Of a stretch of DNA of 64,000 nucleotides, positions 27,786 to 37,327 are shown in pieces. Each line of letters starts with the position of its first letter. Position 1 is the first letter of the stretch. The notes under the pieces are model-generated. The model was not told the DNA's origin, did not search any database, and saw nothing but the letters and a program-made list of their open reading frames with translations. Source of the DNA: an uncultured Eubacteriales bacterium (GTDB lineage: Bacteria; Bacillota; Clostridia; Monoglobales; Monoglobaceae); contig CAJKNM010000001.1 in the NCBI GenBank assembly GCA_905201285.1, positions 4,042 through 68,041 on the forward strand. Direction: 5' to 3'. The translations under genes and the position numbers were made by a program.

Positions 27786-28172
27786 ATTAGATACTCCCAC
27801 CAATCGGATTTTATCTAAGGAATAAGAGTATGTCCGCAAAGCCGCGGCCTCTCCTACGCCTAACCATATATATCAGCTATATATTGTGTCAAACATTAAT
27901 ATTATATCAATATTTTGTTACAAATGCAATACATTTTTAAAAATTTGTACATTATTTTAATTTTATACATTAAAACACCGCGATATTCACTCTTCCGCTT
28001 TAAAAGACGGATAAAAGAAAGAATCGCGTTTTGTGACATATCTCAATTTGATATTATACCATAAGGATATTACAGGCGCGTTACACAAGTATTACATATT
28101 TCCAAAACATTTTGGCTTGTTTTGCATAATATATACCGAGAGCGGATTTTTCGGACAATAGGAAGTGAAAAA

Positions 28173-28739
28173 ATGGCAGTAAAAATATTTGTAGACGCCG
28201 GTCACGGCGGAACGGATCCCGGGGCGGTAGGCAACGGGGTAATAGAGCAGTATGTAAATTTAAGCGTGGCGACTCAGCTGGCCGCTTTGCTTGAAGCGGG
28301 CGGATATGAGGTTAAGCAATACAGAACAACCACAACCGAGAATGTTCTTCCCGGGAAGAGCGCCGACCTTACTAATCGCGCAAGAATGGCAAATGAATGG
28401 GGAGCCGACTATTTTGTGAGCATTCATACAAACAGCTCGCCGAATCCTGCAGCAAACGGCTTTGAAGCATATATCTACAGACTTGGCAACAAGGCTCAGC
28501 CTCTTGCCGAATCTATAGTTAAATCGTTTGTCAGCCGTCTTGGGTCTAAGGATAACGGAGTACATGCGGCGAACTTCGCAGTTCTTCGTCAGACTCGTAT
28601 GCCCGCGGTGCTTCTTGAACTCGGGTACCTCAGCAACCCGACAGAGGCGCTCAACCTCAACAGCCCCGCGTGGCGGACAGCGGCGGCCGAGGCAATATAT
28701 GCTGGCATATATAACTATGTCAAGCCATATTCATATTAA
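28173..28739 (+). CDS. N-acetylmuramoyl-L-alanine amidase (Amidase_3)
   Basis: MAVKIFVDAGHGGTDPGAVGNG..., SIHTNS, LLELGYLSNPTE. Start trimmed to the ATG after a GGAAG RBS. Confidence 0.85.
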   Translation: MAVKIFVDAGHGGTDPGAVGNGVIEQYVNLSVATQLAALLEAGGYEVKQYRTTTTENVLPGKSADLTNRARMANEWGADYFVSIHTNSSPNPAANGFEAYIYRLGNKAQPLAESIVKSFVSRLGSKDNGVHAANFAVLRQTRMPAVLLELGYLSNPTEALNLNSPAWRTAAAEAIYAGIYNYVKPYSY

Positions 28740-29025
28740 TAAAGAGTTGACGGTGTAAAAAACGTACCGACAGCAGTCTGCTTCGCTCAGACTGCTATGT
28801 GCAAAGCTTACCCTTCAGCGTACCCGAATACGTTTTCGGGTAATCCAAAAGTGCGCTCATGGCGCACTTTTGGTTCGGTTTGCACATTCTGTGCGTTTTT
28901 TTCTTGCTCCCAAGAGGGACTATATCTTTTATAGCCCCTTTTTTAAATATTTAAGAGAAAGTTATTCTTGAAATTCAGAGAAATTTGTAGTATAATCTAC
29001 TAAAATACTTCACGGAGGTGACATT

Positions 29026-29604
29026 ATGAATATTTGTGTTTACGGCGCATCCAGCGACGCCATTGACAGAGAATACATAACCACAGTTGAAAAAATGGGA
29101 GAGGAAATGGCCGGGCGCGGTCATAATCTTGTTTACGGTGCAGGCGCTCAGGGACTTATGGGTGCCGCTGCACGTGGAGTAACAAAGGGCGGAGGAAAAA
29201 TCATCGGTGTTTCACCTTCATTCTTTAAGGTGGACGGCGTTCTCTATGATAAATGCACCGAAATGATTTTTACAGAGACAATGCGCGAACGCAAGCAGAT
29301 TATGGAGGAACGCTCTGATGCCTTTGTTATGACTCCGGGCGGAGTCGGGACTTTTGAGGAATTTTTTGAAATTCTCACTTTAAAACAGCTTAACCGTCAT
29401 CAAAAAGCGATTGCCGTTTTAAACCTAAAGGGTTATTATGATGATATAGCACAGCTTATGACCCATGCTGCGGCTGGAGGATTTATGAAGGAAGAAACCC
29501 TTAATCTTTATAAATTCTTTACTGATTATAATGAGATGCTTGATTATCTTGAAGCCTACAAACCGCATAACATTGATATTAAGACGATGAAGCATATCGG
29601 GTAA
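29026..29604 (+). CDS. LOG/TIGR00730-family Rossmann-fold nucleotide-binding protein
   Basis: 192 aa. GGAQGLMG, PGGVGTFEEFFE. Confidence 0.85.
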   Translation: MNICVYGASSDAIDREYITTVEKMGEEMAGRGHNLVYGAGAQGLMGAAARGVTKGGGKIIGVSPSFFKVDGVLYDKCTEMIFTETMRERKQIMEERSDAFVMTPGGVGTFEEFFEILTLKQLNRHQKAIAVLNLKGYYDDIAQLMTHAAAGGFMKEETLNLYKFFTDYNEMLDYLEAYKPHNIDIKTMKHIG

Positions 29605-29635
29605 TTAAATTTATCTTACAATATCATAACGGCTA

Positions 29636-29664
29636 TTGACGGATTGATAAAATAATGATATGAT
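29636..29664 (+). promoter_or_regulatory. Promoter of the Lrp-aminotransferase operon
   Basis: TTGACG-17 nt-TATGAT with TGn extended -10. Confidence 0.5.
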
Positions 29665-29710
29665 TAAATAAGTATTCTGCGTATTTTACGCATTAATTTG
29701 GAGGTTTACT

Positions 29711-30220
29711 ATGTCTGATTTCGATTCTAACAAAAAGAGTGAAAAGGTTTTGGCGCTTTTGCATGACGACTGTCGCAGATCGCTTGAGCAGATGGCAACT
29801 ATGCTTGATATGCCCATGACAGAGGTCGCCGAAACTATTGATAAAATGGAGGCCGATGGCATCATATTGGGCTATGGCGCGCACATAAATTGGGATAAGG
29901 CATACGGCTCCGACGCGGTCGCGGCTTATATTGAGCTTCGCGTTACACCGCAGAGAAACCGCGGCTTTGACAGAATTGCGGAGAGAATATATCAGTTCCC
30001 CGAGGTTAAAGCCGTAAACCTGATGAGCGGAAGCTATGACTTTGGTATAACCGTCCAGGGCAAGGACATCCGCGAAATATCTTTGTTTGTATCAGAGCAT
30101 CTTGCGCCGATGGAATCTGTTGTCGAAACGGCGACGCATTTCGTTTTAAAGCGCTATAAATATGATGGTATTGTATGCTGTAAGCCAAGCAAGGACGAAA
30201 GAGAGGTTATGTCCTTATGA
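29711..30220 (+). CDS. Lrp/AsnC family transcriptional regulator
   Basis: 169 aa. HTH plus C-terminal AsnC-type ligand-binding fold. 4-nt overlap with the aminotransferase gene. Confidence 0.85.
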   Translation: MSDFDSNKKSEKVLALLHDDCRRSLEQMATMLDMPMTEVAETIDKMEADGIILGYGAHINWDKAYGSDAVAAYIELRVTPQRNRGFDRIAERIYQFPEVKAVNLMSGSYDFGITVQGKDIREISLFVSEHLAPMESVVETATHFVLKRYKYDGIVCCKPSKDEREVMSL

Positions 30221-31389
30221 GTTTGGATTTTAAAAAGTTGATGAATAACACCGCGTGTTCTATTCCGCCCTCGGGCATACGAAAGTTTTTCGATATTGCC
30301 GCTGAGATGGAGGATGCGATTTCTCTCGGTGTGGGCGAGCCGGATTTTGTTACGCCCTGGCATATACGTGATGAGGGTATTTATTCCCTTGAAAAGGGAA
30401 TGACATATTATACCTCGAACTCAGGACTGAAGGAGCTTCGCGAAGAAATCTGTAACTATTTAAACCGAAGGTTCAGCCTTAAATATGAGGCGAAGTCTCA
30501 GGTTCTTGTAACAGTCGGGGGAAGCGAGGCGATTGACCTTTGTATACGCTCTCTCGTTCAGCCAGGCGATGAGGTTATTATCCCCGAGCCGAGCTTTGTC
30601 TGCTATAAACCTATTGCTCAGCTGGCAGGCGGCGTGCCGGTGACTATTGAAACTAAAGCTGAAAATAACTTCCGCCTGACCGCGGATGAACTGAAGGCGG
30701 CGATTACGCCTAAGACCAAGCTTCTTGTCTTGCCTTTCCCGAATAACCCGACCGGCGGAGTTATGGACAAGCAGGATTTAGAGGAAATCGCCGAGGTATT
30801 AAAAGATACCGATGTGCTTGTGCTTTCGGATGAAATTTATGCTGAACTGACATATGGTGATAAGAGGCATTTTTCGATTGCTCAGATACCCGATATGTAT
30901 GAGAGAACAATTCTGGTAAGCGGCTTTTCTAAGGCGTTTGCTATGACGGGTTGGAGACTCGGCTATGCCTGCGCTCATCCCGAGCTTATAAAGATAATGA
31001 CGAAGGTTCACCAGTTTGCCATTATGTCTGCGCCTACAACGGCTCAGTTTGCCGCAATCGAGGCGATGAGAAACGGTGATGATGATATCGAGATGATGCG
31101 AAGCGAGTATGATATGCGCAGACACGTTATGGTTAAGGGATTTAACGATATGGGTTTGGATTGCTTTGAACCTCTCGGTGCGTTCTATACATTCCCATCG
31201 ATTAAGAGCACAGGTCTTTCGTCTGACGAGTTCTGTGAGAGATGTTTGCGTGAGAAGAAGGTCGCTGTCATTCCGGGTACCGCTTTCGGCGAATGCGGTG
31301 AAGGCTTTATCCGCTGTTCTTATGCGTATTCAATCGATAGCATTAATGAAGCGCTGAACCGTATAGAAGCTTTTGTAAAGCACAGATAA
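30217..31389 (+). CDS. Pyridoxal-phosphate-dependent aminotransferase, class I/II
   Basis: 390 aa. SGFSKAFAMTGWRLGY contains the PLP lysine motif. Confidence 0.9.
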   Translation: MSLDFKKLMNNTACSIPPSGIRKFFDIAAEMEDAISLGVGEPDFVTPWHIRDEGIYSLEKGMTYYTSNSGLKELREEICNYLNRRFSLKYEAKSQVLVTVGGSEAIDLCIRSLVQPGDEVIIPEPSFVCYKPIAQLAGGVPVTIETKAENNFRLTADELKAAITPKTKLLVLPFPNNPTGGVMDKQDLEEIAEVLKDTDVLVLSDEIYAELTYGDKRHFSIAQIPDMYERTILVSGFSKAFAMTGWRLGYACAHPELIKIMTKVHQFAIMSAPTTAQFAAIEAMRNGDDDIEMMRSEYDMRRHVMVKGFNDMGLDCFEPLGAFYTFPSIKSTGLSSDEFCERCLREKKVAVIPGTAFGECGEGFIRCSYAYSIDSINEALNRIEAFVKHR

Positions 31390-31450
31390 TTAGTTTAAAA
31401 GCCCTGCACAATACGGCGGGGCTTTTAAATTGAATTTTTAGTTGCAGATA

Positions 31451-31651
31451 CTACCTTTTGTTAAACAGCATTCCTATAATTTCGGAAGATCCTCTGGCTA
31501 TAAGCCGTCCTGCGGAATCTTTTAACGTACCGCTGGACGAGTCGTAAATTCCCAAGAGTCTGCCGAGGTTATCCTTGGCATATTTCATATTACCGACTGT
31601 ATCAACTCTCCCAAACATTTTTCCGGAATTGTTAGAAAAATTATTAAACAT
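31451..31651 (-). CDS. Small hypothetical protein (66 aa)
   Basis: MFNNFSNNSGKMFGRVDTVGNMKYAKDNLGRLLGIYDSSSGTLKDSAGRLIARG... with GGGAGGTG RBS. Before the IS insertion it lay 30 nt downstream of the 347-aa gene. Confidence 0.4.
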   Translation of the reverse strand: MFNNFSNNSGKMFGRVDTVGNMKYAKDNLGRLLGIYDSSSGTLKDSAGRLIARGSSEIIGMLFNKR

Positions 31652-31670
31652 TATTCTCACCTCCCTTCCG

Positions 31671-31678
31671 ATAATCAG
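31671..31678. repeat. Target-site duplication, left copy (ATAATCAG)
   Basis: Identical 8-mer directly abuts both IS ends. Confidence 0.7.
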
Positions 31679-33255
31679 TAGCCACGTGCAAAACTCCAAA
31701 GATTTAGAGTTTATGCGATTTTACGGATGTGGCAAATCCGTTTTGTCACTATAAATTTAATATTGAATGTATAGAAAAAACCACTCTGATTTGGTATAAT
31801 ATAGTTGTAAACAAAATCCCACAAAGGAGAGTGGTTTTTATCTATCGTCAAGAAATTTTAAAAGACGTCAGTCTTTTTACTTCACAACCAAAAGCTAAAT
31901 TTTACGATGAGCTATTCATCAATTTGGACTTAAGCTGTATTCCGGCTTACAATTCCAAAATCGGTCGTGCCGGTTATAGCAATCATTCTATGATTTGTGC
32001 CTTTATCGTTATGAAATGCGAGGGTTTCTCTCAAATTTCCGACTTACACGATTATCTGTCAAATAACTTAATTATTGCCCATTACTGTGGCTTTGACATA
32101 TCTCGTGAATTACCTTCTTATGCAAAATTCACCAGATTTATCCGTGAATTTGATAACGATATGCTTCAAACCGTTATGCAGTCGCAGGTATTGAAAGCCG
32201 CCGGTTTATCTTTGATTGATTCATCTTTTATCGCTTTGGACGCAACTCCCGTTAAGGCTAATTTTTCTAACAACAATCCAAAATCCTTTAAAAAGGATAA
32301 GTTTTCTAAAGCCTCTCCTCCAAAGGCTGACAAGGATTGCAGACTTGCTGTTCAAACCGCTTCAAATCAGCATAACGAAAAGAATTATCAATTCTATTGG
32401 GGTTACAAAAATCATATTCTTGTCGACTGTATATCGGGCTTACCCGTTTGTGAATTAACAACCGGTGCCAATGTTTCCGACAGTTCTGTAACTCTCGAAA
32501 TTCTCAAAAAAGCAAATTCTTTTCTTCCGTTAGCGGAATGTACATTTTTAGCTGATAAAGCCTATGATGTTAAAGGTATTTACAACGCTGTTCATAATAC
32601 ATACAACAGTGATTGCTTTATTGCCTTAAACAAACGAAATACCAAAAGCCCTAAAAAGCTGCCTTCCGGAAATATTATTTGCGAAGCCGGACTTGCAATG
32701 CATAAAGACGGCAGATTTTCAGACAACGGTCGCACGCGGCAGAAATACTGTTGTCCGTTTAAACGCTCTAAAAGCGGCAGCTGCCCCTGCAATCTTAAAT
32801 GCTGGAATAACGGAAAGAAAAATCGTGGCTGCACTAAATACGTAACTATTCCGAATGATTACAGGCTTTCTATTGACAGAAGCTCAATAGCTTTTAAATC
32901 CGTTTATGCTCTCAGAACAGAAGCCGAAAGATACAATTCGCGCTTTAAGCAGGCAGGCTGCGAGAGAGTTTTTGTCCGCAGCGGCAATTCTGTAAAAAAT
33001 CTTAATACAATTGCTCATATATCGCTTTTATCAATTGCAATTGCTGCCGTTATCACTAAGAAAGATGTTTCTTATCGCAGCGTGAAAACTTTAAAACGAC
33101 TTGCCTGACTCTTTTTAAACTGAAAATTTTTGAATTTCACCGTAAGGTTTGTTTGCTATACCCTTTTTTGCTATTATTCGCTTTTGTTGCTTTGTTTGGC
33201 TTTGTTGATGTTTTATTTACTTTTCATTTCATTTCATATGTTTTGCACCTCTCTA
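31679..33255 (+). mobile_element. DDE-transposase insertion sequence (IS4/IS5/IS1182 superfamily), 1577 bp
   Basis: Terminal IRs TAGCCACGTGCAAAAC (left) and reverse complement of GTTTTGCACCTCTCTA (right), 13/16 matching, flanked by the 8-bp direct repeat ATAATCAG. Single transposase ORF inside. Confidence 0.8.
31831..33108 (+). CDS. DDE transposase (DUF772-type N-terminus plus Transposase_11-type catalytic domain)
   Basis: AGYSNHSMICAFIVMKCEGFSQISDL..., ALDATPVKA, WGYKNHILVD, FLADKAYD, RTEAERYNSRFK. Start uncertain (in-frame GTG at 31831 abuts the AAGGAGA RBS, ATC at 31840 also possible). Internal TGgTATAAT -10 near 31795. Confidence 0.75.
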   Translation: MVFIYRQEILKDVSLFTSQPKAKFYDELFINLDLSCIPAYNSKIGRAGYSNHSMICAFIVMKCEGFSQISDLHDYLSNNLIIAHYCGFDISRELPSYAKFTRFIREFDNDMLQTVMQSQVLKAAGLSLIDSSFIALDATPVKANFSNNNPKSFKKDKFSKASPPKADKDCRLAVQTASNQHNEKNYQFYWGYKNHILVDCISGLPVCELTTGANVSDSSVTLEILKKANSFLPLAECTFLADKAYDVKGIYNAVHNTYNSDCFIALNKRNTKSPKKLPSGNIICEAGLAMHKDGRFSDNGRTRQKYCCPFKRSKSGSCPCNLKCWNNGKKNRGCTKYVTIPNDYRLSIDRSSIAFKSVYALRTEAERYNSRFKQAGCERVFVRSGNSVKNLNTIAHISLLSIAIAAVITKKDVSYRSVKTLKRLA

Positions 33256-33263
33256 ATAATCAG
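33256..33263. repeat. Target-site duplication, right copy (ATAATCAG)
   Basis: See left copy. Confidence 0.7.
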
Positions 33264-33266
33264 CAC

Positions 33267-34310
33267 TTAATACCTTCCGATAAGCAGTTTATTAAGTCTC
33301 CTTTCCTCAAAAAAACCAATATCTGCATTCATTCTAAGATGCCTAACTGTTAAGTCATAATTCTTAAATTTTTTAGAAACTGCTCTGTTATTCATATTTA
33401 CGCAGTTTAATTCTCGAAGTAAAATACGAATATTTTTTTTGTGAAGATGTCCTTTCTTCATCCATCCGGTTATATCTCCGTAAACTTCGTTAAGCAACGC
33501 CTGAATATCGTCAATTATATCTTTAAATTTATCATTAAACTTTTCCTTTAGTGCAAAAATGTACCCAACTGCCCCGTTAAACGCGCTTTCGTAATTTTGT
33601 ATTTTTTCCTGACGAGATCCCGACGTAAATATATCCATTAAACTTTCGGCCCCCGACCCAAACTGAGTTCCCAAGTCTAAAGCGCTTCCTAAGTCTCCGC
33701 CTAAGGCAGATGAAATATATCCACCAATATATCCTCCGATAAATTCGGCAGCAAATCTGACAAGAGGATTCCCCTTTTTGGCTGATCGATATGCTTTAAA
33801 TTCGTCTGATAAAAACGAGCATACGCCTTGAAAATCATTATCTACAGACAAACTTTCATCTATAAAAGATTCATACTTTCTTTTAATTAGATTATATTTT
33901 TTTGAATATAAACCGGTCGCTTCATAATCAAATACATCATATTTTTTGGTAAACCAAAGTGCATTGTTTATTTGAATTGATAAATAAAAAAATATTCGCT
34001 TTAGTGCAGTCCCGTCGGCTTCTATAGCAGCATTAAAGCCTAACATCTTATTAACAATATCTTTTATTCCGTAAAAATAACTTTCCTCGTCTGTGGAATG
34101 ACTCATTTCATTTATTTTTTTCTTTATTTCATTTGCATAGTCAAACGGAGAATAATTATCCAAGCTTAGCAAAAAGTACGCTTTGCAAAATTTAAACGTT
34201 AATTCAAAATTTTTATACCCATTTTTTAAAATCCGTTTATTGTGCGGCCTTTCGTAGTAAGCTAAAACCGGATTTAACATTTTAACCGATGTTGATTGTT
34301 TTTCCATCAC
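33267..34310 (-). CDS. Hypothetical 347-aa protein with central glycine-zipper-like segment
   Basis: No recognisable enzymatic motif. FAAEFIGGYIGGYISSALGGDLGSALDLGTQFGSGAES. AT-rich codon usage unlike the neighbours. No signal peptide. Confidence 0.6.
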   Translation of the reverse strand: MMEKQSTSVKMLNPVLAYYERPHNKRILKNGYKNFELTFKFCKAYFLLSLDNYSPFDYANEIKKKINEMSHSTDEESYFYGIKDIVNKMLGFNAAIEADGTALKRIFFYLSIQINNALWFTKKYDVFDYEATGLYSKKYNLIKRKYESFIDESLSVDNDFQGVCSFLSDEFKAYRSAKKGNPLVRFAAEFIGGYIGGYISSALGGDLGSALDLGTQFGSGAESLMDIFTSGSRQEKIQNYESAFNGAVGYIFALKEKFNDKFKDIIDDIQALLNEVYGDITGWMKKGHLHKKNIRILLRELNCVNMNNRAVSKKFKNYDLTVRHLRMNADIGFFEERRLNKLLIGRY

Positions 34311-34455
34311 TTTAGCCCTCGTTTCTTCTTATTTTGCTTTATTATAACACAAACACTTGAAATAGTCAATATTAAAAAACTTGTAATACATTGTTTTTGT
34401 AAGTGATAAATATTGTTATTATGTAAGTAAATATTATAACTTGGGTGATGTTTAA

Positions 34456-34803
34456 ATGAAATCTATAGGAAAGAATATTCGGATGGAAAGGCATAAGCAA
34501 AACTTAACCATTGCACAGCTTGCGGAAAAAAGCGGGATTTCCGATAATTTTTTAGGTAATATAGAACGTGGAATTGATGTGCCGTCGGTAAAAACATTAA
34601 TTAAAATTGCTAACAGTCTTTCCGTTTCATCGAATGAACTGCTTAAAGATGAACTAAATGTAATAAATACAGATATTTCAGTAAAAAACAAAATTGCTTT
34701 TGAAATATATAATATAGTAAAAGGATTAAAAAGCAGGGAAGCAGAAACAGTATTATTTCTCGCAAGGGAAATAAAAAGGCTATCCCAGAATCAAGAGAAA
34801 TAA
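34456..34803 (+). CDS. XRE-family helix-turn-helix transcriptional regulator
   Basis: 115 aa. IRMERHKQNLTIAQLAEKSGISDNFLGNIERG. Divergent from the 347-aa gene across a 145-bp AT-rich spacer. Confidence 0.85.
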   Translation: MKSIGKNIRMERHKQNLTIAQLAEKSGISDNFLGNIERGIDVPSVKTLIKIANSLSVSSNELLKDELNVINTDISVKNKIAFEIYNIVKGLKSREAETVLFLAREIKRLSQNQEK

Positions 34804-34825
34804 CTGTAACTTTTTCGACTGCTCG

Positions 34826-34868
34826 AAGGGGCTGCGGCAAAATGAATTTCATTTAGCCGCAGCCCCTT
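34826..34868. terminator. Bidirectional terminator between XRE gene and mutS2
   Basis: AAGGGGCTGCGGC-17 nt loop-GCCGCAGCCCCTT followed by TTT. Confidence 0.7.
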
Positions 34869-34873
34869 TTCGG

Positions 34874-37246
34874 TCATTTTAATTCCGCGATGGTGACACC
34901 GTTTTCGCCCTCGCCGTATTTGCCGAGGCGGAAGCTTTTCACGTGGGGGTGACGGCGAAGCATAGTTTGTATGCCGGCACGAAGCGTTCCCGTACCCTTT
35001 CCGTGAATTATGCTGACAGTGTTAAGCCCCGCCATCGCACATTCGTCAAGAAACTTATCCGTTTCCATTTCGGCTTCTTCAAGCGTCATTCCTCTGAGGT
35101 CTATCTCGGATTTAACCGAGTCTCGGCGGAGTCCGCCGCCATATGTCGATACTTTTTTATAGCGTTCGGGTTTCTTTCCCTCCTCCTCGGCAATAAGCGT
35201 CATATTGTCTGCCTTAGCGGTAATCTTCATTATTCCGACCTGAATCACGGCCGTACCGTCTTTTTTGTTAATAGATAATACACTTCCCTTATCACCTAAG
35301 TCATTAATCATTACCTCAGCGCCGAGCTTAAGCGAATTCAGGTTTACGCCTGCTCCTCTCGGAGCGTTTGCCTTTTTTATCTTGGGCGATTTATTGTTCT
35401 TAAGCTTAAGACCCAATTCACGTTTTAATTCCTGAATCTGTCTGAGCGCTTCTTTTTCATCGTGCGCCTTTTGTGCCGCCTGAATCTCTTCAAGCATTTT
35501 ATCAACGTCATTTTGGGTCTTTAAGATAATTTTTTCGGCCTTTTCTCTTGCGCGGTCATAAATTTTATCCTTTTGCTTTTCTATTTTGTCGCGCTCAGCC
35601 GCGAGTTCAGCCTTAAGGCGCTCGGTTTCGGCACGAAGCCGTGCTGTTTCCTCTGAGTTCTTTTCCGCCGAAATTCGGTTATCCTCTATCTTTGACAGTA
35701 CGTCCTCAAACCGAATATTTTCATCTGAAAGCATTTTACGCGAGTTTTCTATAATCCGTTTCGGAAGCCCGAGCTTTTCGGAAATAGCGAACGCGTTACT
35801 ACGGCCCGGAACGCCTATAAGCAAGCGGTATGTCGGGCTGAGAGTGGTCACATCAAATTCACACGAGGCATTTTCGATTCCCGGTGTGGTGAGTGCGTAG
35901 AGTTTTAGTTCGCTGTAATGCGTTGTCGCCGCTATTTTCGCGCCGGCATTTCTGAAATCCTCAATTATTGCGGTCGCAAGGGCCGCGCCCTCGGTCGGGT
36001 CGGTTCCCGCTCCAAGCTCGTCAAAAAGTACAAGACAGCCGTCTGTTACCTTTTCGGAAATTTCAACAATGTTTTTCATATGCGATGAGAAGGTTGAAAG
36101 GCTCTGTTCTATGCTCTGCTCATCGCCGATGTCTGCAAATATATCGGCACAGACCGACAGCTCTGTCTCATCCGCCGCAGGAACGTGAAGTCCCGCCTGT
36201 GCCATAAGGCAAAATAGACCGAGTGTTTTCAATACAACCGTTTTACCGCCTGTATTTGGTCCGGTGATTATCAGCGTGTCGAAGGTTGTTCCCAATTCAA
36301 TGTCTACGGGAACAACCTTCGACTTATCTATAAGCGGATGTCTGCCTTTATGAATCTTAAAGACTCCGCCGCGGTTCATCTTCGGCATTACCGCCTTCAT
36401 ATCAAGTGAAAGCCGTGCCTTTGCCACCACAAAATCAAGATGAATCAATGTTTCAAAGTTAAGACGTATCTCTTCGATGAACTCAGAGACATCATTTGAA
36501 ATATCGAGCAGGACTTTTTCAATCTCCGCACGCTCTTTTACGGTGAGTTCGTTTAGGTCATTGTTTGCGTTTACCACACCCTCGGGTTCGATAAAAACGG
36601 TAGAACCAGAAGCCGACATATCGTGGGCGATACCCCGCACCTCACCGCGAAACTCTGATTTAACGGGAACAACATAGCGGTTGTTTCGGACGGTGACGAT
36701 TGCGTCCTGTAAAAACTTTCTGTAATACTGTGAATGTATCATAGAATCAAGCGTGTCGCGGATTTTTGAAGATGTATTTTTAATTTTCCTGCGGATTCCC
36801 GCAAGCTCGGCGCTTGCGCCGTCCGCCATTTCGTCCTCGGATATAATAGAGGTTGTTATTCTTTCTTCAAGTCTCTTGTTAGGTTCAAGCTCTGTGATAT
36901 ATCCCGACAGGACGCCTGTCTGTTCGGGCGTGTACTGCTTCATCACCCTTGCCCCTTTTAAAATTCGGGAAATGTTTAAAAGCTCTGACATAGAAAGCCC
37001 GCCGCCTGCGTTCAGACGCTTGACAGACTCGGATATATCAGAGATTCTGACAATTTCGGGTGAGCCGAATTTCAACAGAAGCTGAACCGCCGCATCCGTT
37101 TCATCAAGGGTTTGTTCCACTGCACGGATATTGTTTGTCGGAACAAGCTTTAAAGCGAGTTCCTTTGCCGCGTCGTTTTTCGCAAGTGCGGCAAGCCTTT
37201 CGAGTATTTTATCAAATTCAAGAGTTTTCAGAGATTTATGTTCCAT
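34874..37246 (-). CDS. mutS2: Endonuclease MutS2 (MutS domain plus C-terminal Smr)
   Basis: 790 aa. Walker A GPNTGGKTV, FDELGAGTDP, coiled-coil region, Smr tail IIHGKGTGTLR. Confidence 0.9.
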   Translation of the reverse strand: MEHKSLKTLEFDKILERLAALAKNDAAKELALKLVPTNNIRAVEQTLDETDAAVQLLLKFGSPEIVRISDISESVKRLNAGGGLSMSELLNISRILKGARVMKQYTPEQTGVLSGYITELEPNKRLEERITTSIISEDEMADGASAELAGIRRKIKNTSSKIRDTLDSMIHSQYYRKFLQDAIVTVRNNRYVVPVKSEFRGEVRGIAHDMSASGSTVFIEPEGVVNANNDLNELTVKERAEIEKVLLDISNDVSEFIEEIRLNFETLIHLDFVVAKARLSLDMKAVMPKMNRGGVFKIHKGRHPLIDKSKVVPVDIELGTTFDTLIITGPNTGGKTVVLKTLGLFCLMAQAGLHVPAADETELSVCADIFADIGDEQSIEQSLSTFSSHMKNIVEISEKVTDGCLVLFDELGAGTDPTEGAALATAIIEDFRNAGAKIAATTHYSELKLYALTTPGIENASCEFDVTTLSPTYRLLIGVPGRSNAFAISEKLGLPKRIIENSRKMLSDENIRFEDVLSKIEDNRISAEKNSEETARLRAETERLKAELAAERDKIEKQKDKIYDRAREKAEKIILKTQNDVDKMLEEIQAAQKAHDEKEALRQIQELKRELGLKLKNNKSPKIKKANAPRGAGVNLNSLKLGAEVMINDLGDKGSVLSINKKDGTAVIQVGIMKITAKADNMTLIAEEEGKKPERYKKVSTYGGGLRRDSVKSEIDLRGMTLEEAEMETDKFLDECAMAGLNTVSIIHGKGTGTLRAGIQTMLRRHPHVKSFRLGKYGEGENGVTIAELK

Positions 37247-37327
37247 AATTTAAACTGCCTTTCTGTGTCCGTGAAGTAACCACAGCCCTCCGCTTTTCTT
37301 TTGATTTAACCGTTTAAGTTCTGAAAG

